DNA from: an uncultured archaeon
GTDB taxonomy: Archaea; Iainarchaeota; Iainarchaeia; Iainarchaeales; CSSED10-239
Assembly: GCA_964468895.1 (NCBI GenBank)
Contig: CAYXWT010000039.1
Coordinates: 1-7,106 of the forward strand
DNA: 7,106 nucleotides
Reading direction: 5' to 3'
Below are positions 1-5,577 of this stretch, piece by piece. Made by a program: the position numbers and the translations under genes. The notes under the pieces are model-generated. The model saw only the letters and a list, made by a program, of their open reading frames with translations, was not told the origin of the DNA and ran no database searches. Position 1 is the first letter of the stretch. Each line of letters begins with the position of its first letter.

Positions 1-158
1 ATAATTATAAAAATTTAAAACCTCCTTTAAATCAATTTAAAAGAGTTCATATTACTCAACAATTTGTATTAATTTTTCAAGTAGATACTAAAACTAATTC
101 TATTTTATTTGTATATTTTGATCATAGAAAAAATGTTTATAAAGATTTGAAACTTTAG
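1..158 (+). CDS. 3' end of a RelE/ParE-superfamily type II toxin gene, 5'-truncated by the window edge
   Basis: Frame 3 (codons from nt 3) is open from the window edge to TAG at 156-158. It reads NYKNLKPPLNQFKRVHITQQFVLIFQVDTKTNSILFVYFDHRKNVYKDLKL*. The pattern F-K-R-V-H-I ... F-V-L-I-F-x-V-D ... I-L-F ... H-R-K-N-V-Y resembles the C-terminal signature of RelE/StbE/YafQ-type mRNA interferases (compare archaeal RelE ...YRIRVGNYRI...HRKxIY). It is absent from the ORF track because no start codon lies in the window. Recognised from memory only. Confidence 0.45.
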   Translation, partial: NYKNLKPPLNQFKRVHITQQFVLIFQVDTKTNSILFVYFDHRKNVYKDLKL

Positions 159-164
159 TTAAAT

Positions 165-692
165 TTAAAGTTTGTTTATTATTGCCATTTTTTCTATAAT
201 TTGATCTTCTATATCTTTTTTAGATTTTATATTATAAAATCTAAGGGCTTTATTTTGATTATATTTTTCTATTTTTAATTCTTTTAAATCTAAATTGTTT
301 GTAATTTTATTAATATCTTTTGTAGTTATTTCTTTTGAACTTACAATTTCTAAGAAAACATTATTTTTACCTTTTTTAATAAAAAATCCTTTGTCTATTT
401 TGTTTAACTGATTGCTACAATTTAAAGTTAAAAGTATTTCATTTTTAAGATTTTTAGAAGTGTTAATTTTATCAAATATTCTATTTTTGGATATAAATAT
501 AGCCCATAACAGGTGATTTTTACTGTATATTTGTGTGTTTGGTATTATTAATATGTCTAAATAAGATTTTTTATCATTTTTTTGATCTTCAATTCTTTTT
601 AAATAGTTTTCTATATTATTAATATTTATAGATCCATAAATATTATATATAAAGATCTTCTTTTTTCCTAAACTAAAATAATGTTTGTTCAT
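165..692 (-). CDS. cgi121: KEOPS complex subunit Cgi121 (kinase-binding protein CGI-121 family)
   Basis: This is a 175-aa ORF. The core HLLWAIFISKNRIFDKINTSKNLKNEILLTLNCSNQLNKIDKGFFIKKGKNNVFLEIV parallels the conserved Cgi121/TPRKB block (human ...[46 protein letters not shown]; M. jannaschii ...HVLHAINQAKTKKPIAKSFWMEILVRASGQRQIHEAIKIIGAKDGNVCLI). The C-terminal helix DIEDQIIEKMAIINKL parallels ...VERVLEKIALIELKK. Size fits the family. Confidence 0.65.
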   Translation of the reverse strand: MNKHYFSLGKKKIFIYNIYGSININNIENYLKRIEDQKNDKKSYLDILIIPNTQIYSKNHLLWAIFISKNRIFDKINTSKNLKNEILLTLNCSNQLNKIDKGFFIKKGKNNVFLEIVSSKEITTKDINKITNNLDLKELKIEKYNQNKALRFYNIKSKKDIEDQIIEKMAIINKL

Positions 693-715
693 AATATTAT
701 TAGTATTTGAAAAAA

Positions 716-723
716 TATATAAA
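716..723 (-). promoter_or_regulatory. Candidate archaeal TATA box for cgi121, implying a leaderless transcript
   Basis: The plus strand reads TATATAAA, which is TTTATATA on the minus strand and matches the archaeal TATA consensus. Its centre lies about 26-27 nt upstream of the ATG at 692, so the predicted TSS falls on or next to the start codon. No Shine-Dalgarno-like purine run lies between them. AT-rich background makes chance matches likely. Confidence 0.3.
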
Positions 724-798
724 TTCTTGCATGTTTAAATAAAATCATGTAAACAGTTAAAAAAATATAAAATGATAAATAAAAGTAAAATTATACTT

Positions 799-805
799 AG
801 GGTGA
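799..805 (+). promoter_or_regulatory. Shine-Dalgarno-like ribosome-binding site for the S8e gene
   Basis: AGGGTGA lies 7 nt upstream of ATG 813. It has one mismatch to GAGGTGA, the complement of the archaeal 16S 3' end. It is one of very few G-rich strings in this intergenic region. Confidence 0.5.
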
Positions 806-812
806 AAATAAT

Positions 813-1208
813 ATGGTTGAATGGAGAAAAAAATCAAAAAGAAAATCAACAGGCGGCATTAATAACGCTACAAATAGAAAAACAAAATCTTTAAGTGATA
901 GAGGTGGACTTTTTTCTAAAACTGTTGTTGATGAAGATAGTAAAAGATACAAAGTTAGAACTATTGGTGGCGGTAGTAAAACAAAATTAGCAAAGACAAA
1001 TGATATTTTGGTTTCTAGTGGTGCTAAAACTATTAAATGTAAAATTGTAGGTGTTGAAAATAATTCTGCAAATAAACATTTTGTAAGACAAAAAGTAGTA
1101 ACTAAAGGTGCTATCTTAAAGGTTGAATTAGAAGGTAAAGAGACTAAAGTTAAAGTAACTAGTAGACCTGGTCAAAGTGGTCAAGTAAGTGGAATTGTTA
1201 TAAAATAG
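813..1208 (+). CDS. rps8e: 30S ribosomal protein S8e
   Basis: This is a 131-aa ORF. The N-terminus W-x-K-K-S-K-R-K-S-T-GG matches the S8e signature W(Q/H)xxSxRKxTGG. The internal KVRTIGGGSKTKL corresponds to the canonical (R/K)VRxRGGNxKxR(A/L) block. The C-terminus VTSRPGQSGQVSGIVI matches (V/I)TSRPGQDGxxNAVL. The preceding RBS and the higher local GC than neighbouring genes fit a highly expressed housekeeping gene. Confidence 0.9.
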   Translation: MVEWRKKSKRKSTGGINNATNRKTKSLSDRGGLFSKTVVDEDSKRYKVRTIGGGSKTKLAKTNDILVSSGAKTIKCKIVGVENNSANKHFVRQKVVTKGAILKVELEGKETKVKVTSRPGQSGQVSGIVIK

Positions 1209-1237
1209 ATCTAAATGATCTATTTATATTATTTTTT
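1206..1237 (+). terminator. Short hairpin plus oligo-T tract immediately after the S8e stop codon
   Basis: TAGATC (1206-1211), a TAAAT loop, then GATCTA (1217-1222) form a perfect 6-bp inverted repeat overlapping the TAG stop. TTTATATTATTTTTT follows, including a T6 run at 1232-1237. Oligo-T tracts are the usual archaeal termination signal. The stem is short and AT-rich, so this is weak. Confidence 0.3.
1222..1229 (+). promoter_or_regulatory. Candidate TATA box for the archaeosortase-like gene, with a leaderless or near-leaderless transcript
   Basis: The centre of TTTATATT lies about 26-29 nt upstream of ATG 1255. No SD-like motif occurs in CTAATTCTTAATTTATA just before the start. Composition makes a chance occurrence plausible. 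Confidence 0.25.
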
Positions 1238-1254
1238 CTAATTCTTAATTTATA

Positions 1255-1827
1255 ATGACATTTAAAAAAAATAGAAATTTGTTTTCTTTAAAACAAATAA
1301 AAAAAGATTTAAAAAATAAAAAAGAACTTAAAAAGTCCTTTATTTTTTTAATTTATTTTTTAGTTATATTTGTAGTTGTTTATTTATTTTTAAATAATGT
1401 GCTTTATAATTATATTAATTATTGTTATGGTTTTATTTCTAATTTTATAATTTCAAATATGTTTGGTATAAATACCAGTTTTATATTTGATGATATTAAT
1501 CTTATTTCTGTAATACTTATTAATTCTTTAAATTATCCTGTATTTATAACTTTTTTATGTACTGGTATATTAGAATTTTCTTTAATAAGTTCTGCAATAT
1601 TAGCTTCCAAAGGTATTAGTTTAAAAAATAGAATTTATGGTTTTTTACTTAGTATTCCTTTAGTAATTGTATTTAATATTTTTAGAATAGTTTGTACAAT
1701 TTTAATGATAATTTATTTTTCATTACCATTAGCAGAGTTTTTACATTCTTTTTTATTTAGATTATTTTTAATAATAATTGTAATTGGTTTTTATTATTTC
1801 TGGTTTAAATTTTATTATAATAAATAA
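1255..1827 (+). CDS. Exosortase/archaeosortase-family integral membrane transpeptidase, minimal 190-aa form
   Basis: The protein has a Lys-rich N-terminus followed by about 5 hydrophobic helices. Family-type motifs occur in the right order at helix ends: F-L-C-T-G (Cys102, nt 1558-1560), N-I-F-R-I (Asn141/Arg144, nt 1675-1686) and E-F-L-H-S (His164, nt 1744-1746). The Cys-to-Arg spacing of 42 residues is about what I recall for Haloferax ArtA (Cys173/Arg214). A candidate substrate gene with a C-terminal motif + TM + basic tail lies nearby. Confidence 0.6.
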   Translation: MTFKKNRNLFSLKQIKKDLKNKKELKKSFIFLIYFLVIFVVVYLFLNNVLYNYINYCYGFISNFIISNMFGINTSFIFDDINLISVILINSLNYPVFITFLCTGILEFSLISSAILASKGISLKNRIYGFLLSIPLVIVFNIFRIVCTILMIIYFSLPLAEFLHSFLFRLFLIIIVIGFYYFWFKFYYNK

Positions 1828-1839
1828 GAATAAGAATAT

Positions 1840-2226
1840 TTAAGATTTACTATCTTTAATTAGTTTTTTTACTTGTTCAACTGTTGTATATTCTAATGGA
1901 TTTATGTTTTCTATAATATACTTCATTTCTTTTAATTCTTCAGCTTTAGCAAATCTTTTTGTAAAAAGTTCCATGTTTGTTTCTAAGGATCTAATTTTTT
2001 TTGTAATTTTATCTTGTTGATCTAATATTTCAGTAATTTTAGAGTTATCAATATCACTGTTGGAAGATCCACTGCTTTTGGATGCAATTTTTTTATTTAA
2101 AATTAAAATATTTCTTCCAAGTATTTTTTCATTATGTACTAAATATTTAATTTTTTGAGATAATACAAGTATACTTGATTGTAATGCTTTAATATCTTGC
2201 ATTATTCCTGGTTGTTCATCACTCAT
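1840..2226 (-). CDS. Hypothetical coiled-coil protein, 128 aa, no predicted TM segment or signal peptide
   Basis: The ORF is complete and convergent with the sortase-like gene (12-nt gap) and divergent from the surface-protein gene. It has two heptad-like helical segments, IMQDIKALQSSILVLSQKIKYLVHNEKILGRNILILNKKI and ITEILDQQDKITKKIRSLETNMELFTKRFAKAEELKEMKYII. These are separated by a Ser-rich linker, SKSSGSSNSDIDNS. I recognise no family. Confidence 0.55.
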   Translation of the reverse strand: MSDEQPGIMQDIKALQSSILVLSQKIKYLVHNEKILGRNILILNKKIASKSSGSSNSDIDNSKITEILDQQDKITKKIRSLETNMELFTKRFAKAEELKEMKYIIENINPLEYTTVEQVKKLIKDSKS

Positions 2227-2356
2227 GATTTATCTAAGTTTAATTTATATATTATATATGTTAGTTTGTAATATTTATATTTATTTGCTTTTTATTTAAA
2301 TTTGATATTAAGAGTTATTTTTTAGTTTTTCTGCCTTAATTCTTTAAAAAAGTACA

Positions 2357-2364
2357 TTTATAAA
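2357..2364 (+). promoter_or_regulatory. Candidate TATA box for the large surface-protein gene
   Basis: TTTATAAA is preceded by the A-rich, BRE-like AAAAAAGTAC. The predicted TSS near 2387 would give a roughly 20-nt leader containing the AGGT RBS. Specificity is low in this composition. Confidence 0.25.
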
Positions 2365-2392
2365 CTATTTCATAGATATATTATTTATTAAT

Positions 2393-2399
2393 GGTAGGT
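2393..2399 (+). promoter_or_regulatory. Shine-Dalgarno-like site for the surface-protein gene
   Basis: In GGTAGGT, the AGGT at 2396-2399 lies 8 nt upstream of GTG 2408. The next in-frame ATG (2417) would be 17 nt away. This supports the GTG start given in the ORF track. Confidence 0.4.
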
Positions 2400-2407
2400 A
2401 GTTAATT

Positions 2408-2497
2408 GTGATTGTTATGATTTTAAAAATAAAAAAAATATTTACTTTATTAATGTTATCTATTTGTTTAATTATATTTACAAATAATATATTTGCA
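2408..2497 (+). other. N-terminal Sec-type signal peptide of the surface protein
   Basis: MIVMILKIKK is the basic n-region, IFTLLMLSICLIIF the hydrophobic core and TNNIFA/IS the small-residue cleavage context. The cleavage position is estimated by eye. Confidence 0.6.
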
Positions 2498-5449
2498 ATA
2501 TCTTTAAATATAGATTCTTTTCAAGTAAGAACAGATTCCTATAATTTTTATGATAATGTACAGCAAGGTAACTATTATGATAATGTAGATTTGAAGATGA
2601 ATTTTTCTATAGATCAATTACTATCTAATAATAATTATTTACCTGTATTATTAAATTCAAAAATATATGGTTTACTTCCAAATGGCCAAATAGTTTTAAT
2701 AGATGTAATGCCTACTATGCATCATAATATTTATTCAACTAATATTGAAGAATACTTCTCAAATAATTTATTTTATTTAGATCCCAGTTTTGCAGCTTAC
2801 ATGATTTCTTTAAATATAAATTCTTTAGATAATTCTTATTCTGATGTAGATTATGCTTATATTTTTTCAGATTATACAATTTATGAAAATTTTTATGATG
2901 AAGATTATTTTGAAGATTTTGAAGATTCAGAAAATCCTAATTCAAATGAAGATGATGATTTGCCAGATGATGAATTTGAAGATGATTTTAGTTTAAGTGG
3001 TGTTCAAGATTTTTATTTAGATGAAGATGAAAAAGAAGATTATAAATTATATCTTAAAAATAATTCAGATGAAGAACTTCAAATAATTTCTATAACTACT
3101 AATGAACCTACAAGATTAGATGTAGAAGATATTGATTATTCTGAGTTTATTAATAGTGATTCAACAGCTACTATTACTTTAGAATTATTAAGTGATACTG
3201 TAAGTAGTGATTATACTGGTGAATTAGAAATAAATGTAATGGCTAGATATTTAGAACAAGATGATATTAGTAAAACTTATGTTTCTAATTATCATATTGA
3301 AGATGAAGATTCTCAAAATACAAGTGATTGTTCAGATTTAGAAATAGACAATTCTAGATTTACTATAAATGATAATTTTATTAGTAATTTAGAAATAATT
3401 TTAATAAATGAAAGTGATGATTATTATTTTGAATTAGATGAAGTTAATATTGAATCTGATTCAATATTAGAAACAAAGGTTGTAAATTTTACTGAAGAAA
3501 TTGATGAAGAAAGTAATGGTGTTATTAATTTAGAAGTTATTAGTGATGATATTTCTAATAATACTACTAGAACTATTGAACTTGAAATTGAAGGTTATTT
3601 TAAAAGAGAAAATAGAGATTCAGAAAAGTGTAGAATTTCAAAAAATTTAAGAATAAATGTTGAGGATAATTCTTCTAATGAAGATAATTCTACCTCTCAA
3701 ACTAATTGTAACAATTTAATTTTATTTACTCCAAGTATTATTCAAGAAGAAAATACTATTAAAAACTATAATAAAAACAAAGGTTTTTTTGTAATAAATA
3801 ATAGTAATAAAGAATTTACTATTACTAATCTAATAATAAGTGATAATACTTCTAAATCAACACTTTCTAAAAATATAAGTTCTACTAAAATTTACGCAAA
3901 TTCAGATTTGTCTTTAGATTTTGATTTACAAACTAATGAAATTACTAATAATTTAATTTATTCAAAAGCAAATGTTTCTATAAGTGGAACTTTTTCAGAT
4001 GGTAGTATTTGTAATGCATTAGACACTAAACAAAATTTTGATTTATCAATAGTTAGTTCTGAAGATAAATGTTCTAAAATTGGATTAAGATCCAAAATAA
4101 TAACCACAGGTAATAATACTATTACTTTATTTAATAATTCAGATTTGTCTTTTTATGTTACTGATTTTTTAGAAGCAAATAAATTTAATTTAGAATCTAA
4201 TGTTAATTCTGTTCAGCATACTATTGAAAAAAATAAAACTAAAGATGTTAGTGTTGGTTTTTCAGGAAATGGATCTTTAGAATTAAAATTAAATGGAGTA
4301 TTTTCAGATGGAACTAATTGTTCATTTAGTGAAACTAGAAGTGGAATATTTGCTTCAACAAATATTTCAGAAATTGATTTTGCTGCAAATATAGATAATT
4401 GTTCATTTCAATTAGAGGTTCCTAGTTATTTAGAGATAGACGATTCTTATGAAACTATTAATTTAAATTTTAAAAATTTAAGTGTTAATGGTGGAAAAAT
4501 AACTTTAATAGGAAATGGAGTTGTAGTAAATCCATCTATAATTTATTTAGATGGTCAAGACGATTTTCAAAAAAACATAGTTATTTCTAATTTTTATGAA
4601 CCAGAAAGTGTTTTTTATAATGTTAAATTAAATGGTTGTGAAACAAAAACAGATTTTACTAATTTAGAAGAAAAAATAGATGTTTCTAAAAGAATTTATT
4701 TTGTTAGTTACCCTAATTTATTAAAGCCAAGTTCTAAATTAGTTGTTGTTGATTTAGAAATTAATAATTCTTATAATACTAAACAAAATATTAAACTTAA
4801 AGTTAGTGGATTTCCTTCTAGTTGGACTATTGAATCTAAAGATGTTCTTTTAAATGAAAGAACTTCTAATACTTTAAATTATTCATTTTATATAGATGAT
4901 TTAAATAATTCTAAAAAATACAATGGTTATATTGAAATTTATAAAAATAATTTAAAAATTAATTCTGTACCTTTAACTGTTGATTTAACTAAACCTACTA
5001 AAGAACTAATAATGAAATCTAGTTTAAGTAAATTAAATAGTTTAGAAAATACTTATGCTTTAGAGTTGTTTATAAATAATAAAAGTAATTCTTCTAAAGA
5101 ATATGTTGTTGATTTTAATTTAGATGGAAATTATGTTGTTGAAGGTAATAAAGAAATTAATTTGTTAGCTGATGAAAATAAAACTATAGAATATAAAATT
5201 GTTACTTTTGCTTTATTGAAAGATAGTTCTGTTATTGATGTTATTATAAAAGATAAAGTTAGTGGTGAAGAATTAGAATCTTCAGAATTAGTTTATACTT
5301 TAGAGAACAATGTTGGTTTAACTGGATTTTTAGTTTTTAATAGTTTATTAACAGAAATTGGACTTGCTATTGTTTTAATAATTATAATTATTAGTATAAT
5401 TATACAAATCAAAAAAAACAAAATTTCTAAAAATAAACCTAAAATTTAG
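2408..5449 (+). CDS. Large secreted cell-surface (S-layer-like) glycoprotein candidate and putative archaeosortase substrate
   Basis: This is a 1013-aa ORF. It begins with a signal peptide (KIKKIFTLLMLSICLIIFTNNIFA) and a roughly 130-aa N-terminal domain. A hyper-acidic linker follows, then a series of roughly 80-100-aa beta-sandwich-like modules. These have alternating hydrophobic patterns of the CARDB/NEW3 kind, e.g. LVVVDLEINNSYNTKQNIKLKVSGFPSSWTIES at nt 4739-4837. I hand-counted about 27 N-x-S/T sequons. The C-terminus is GLTGF, a hydrophobic helix and a KKNKISKNKPKI tail. No enzymatic motif was recognised. Confidence 0.8.
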   Translation: MIVMILKIKKIFTLLMLSICLIIFTNNIFAISLNIDSFQVRTDSYNFYDNVQQGNYYDNVDLKMNFSIDQLLSNNNYLPVLLNSKIYGLLPNGQIVLIDVMPTMHHNIYSTNIEEYFSNNLFYLDPSFAAYMISLNINSLDNSYSDVDYAYIFSDYTIYENFYDEDYFEDFEDSENPNSNEDDDLPDDEFEDDFSLSGVQDFYLDEDEKEDYKLYLKNNSDEELQIISITTNEPTRLDVEDIDYSEFINSDSTATITLELLSDTVSSDYTGELEINVMARYLEQDDISKTYVSNYHIEDEDSQNTSDCSDLEIDNSRFTINDNFISNLEIILINESDDYYFELDEVNIESDSILETKVVNFTEEIDEESNGVINLEVISDDISNNTTRTIELEIEGYFKRENRDSEKCRISKNLRINVEDNSSNEDNSTSQTNCNNLILFTPSIIQEENTIKNYNKNKGFFVINNSNKEFTITNLIISDNTSKSTLSKNISSTKIYANSDLSLDFDLQTNEITNNLIYSKANVSISGTFSDGSICNALDTKQNFDLSIVSSEDKCSKIGLRSKIITTGNNTITLFNNSDLSFYVTDFLEANKFNLESNVNSVQHTIEKNKTKDVSVGFSGNGSLELKLNGVFSDGTNCSFSETRSGIFASTNISEIDFAANIDNCSFQLEVPSYLEIDDSYETINLNFKNLSVNGGKITLIGNGVVVNPSIIYLDGQDDFQKNIVISNFYEPESVFYNVKLNGCETKTDFTNLEEKIDVSKRIYFVSYPNLLKPSSKLVVVDLEINNSYNTKQNIKLKVSGFPSSWTIESKDVLLNERTSNTLNYSFYIDDLNNSKKYNGYIEIYKNNLKINSVPLTVDLTKPTKELIMKSSLSKLNSLENTYALELFINNKSNSSKEYVVDFNLDGNYVVEGNKEINLLADENKTIEYKIVTFALLKDSSVIDVIIKDKVSGEELESSELVYTLENNVGLTGFLVFNSLLTEIGLAIVLIIIIISIIIQIKKNKISKNKPKI
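2894..3040 (+). other. Hyper-acidic, aromatic-studded linker in the surface protein
   Basis: The segment translates to YDEDYFEDFEDSENPNSNEDDDLPDDEFEDDFSLSGVQDFYLDEDEKED. More than half of the residues are D or E, interspersed with F/Y and with only one basic residue (a single Lys). Confidence 0.8.
3329..4639 (+). repeat. Four divergent tandem protein modules, each bracketed by a cysteine pair, arising from internal duplication in the surface-protein gene
   Basis: All 8 cysteines of the mature protein lie here: TGT codons at 3329, 3629, 3707, 4010, 4070, 4319, 4400 and 4637. Their spacings alternate long and short: 100, 26, 101, 20, 83, 27 and 79 residues. Modules start C-x-x-[LI]-x-[LIV] (CSDLEI, CNNLIL, CSKIGL, CSFQLE). 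They end [ILV]-x-G-x-F...C (IEGYFKRENRDSEKC, ISGTFSDGSIC, LNGVFSDGTNC, and the more diverged VKLNGC, which keeps only the G...C). DNA-level relics survive: identical TTCAGATTTGTCTTT at 3901-3915 and 4138-4152, and TTTTCAGATGG at 3992-4002 and 4301-4311. Confidence 0.65.
5315..5446 (+). other. C-terminal tripartite sorting-signal candidate: motif, TM helix and basic tail
   Basis: The segment reads G-L-T-G-F-LVFNSLLTE-IGLAIVLIIIIISIIIQI-KKNKISKNKPKI*. A short Gly/aromatic motif (TGF codons at 5321-5329) is followed by an 18-residue hydrophobic helix and a Lys-rich cytoplasmic tail at the extreme C-terminus. This is the architecture recognised by sortases, exosortases and archaeosortases. Confidence 0.55.
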
Positions 5450-5562
5450 AAAACACTTAAAATAATGGTTTGTTTTGTAAAATAGAAAAGAATATATATT
5501 AAAATATACTTCTAATATATAACAAAGGCTTTAATTAAGTAATTGTAGTTAATTAAAAATTT

Positions 5563-5568
5563 GAGGTG
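5563..5568 (+). promoter_or_regulatory. Shine-Dalgarno site for the M6 metalloprotease gene
   Basis: GAGGTG perfectly complements the archaeal anti-SD core and lies 9 nt upstream of ATG 5578. Confidence 0.6.
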
Positions 5569-5577
5569 TTGGATTTT

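Noticed and set aside
732-755. Inverted repeat TGTTTA ... TAAACA (6-bp arms, 12-nt spacer) in the cgi121/S8e divergent intergenic region
   Set aside because: The arms are short and AT-rich and are expected by chance in this composition. There is no second copy or associated motif elsewhere in the window.
2227-2407. The 181-nt divergent intergenic region as a possible small RNA or riboswitch locus
   Set aside because: It is almost pure A/T with no stable stem potential visible by eye. It is adequately explained as two back-to-back archaeal promoters.
2417-2419. In-frame ATG as an alternative start for the surface-protein gene
   Set aside because: The only SD-like element (AGGT 2396-2399) is 8 nt from GTG 2408 but 17 nt from this ATG. 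Either start gives the same signal peptide and the three-codon difference does not change interpretation, so I kept the track's GTG start.
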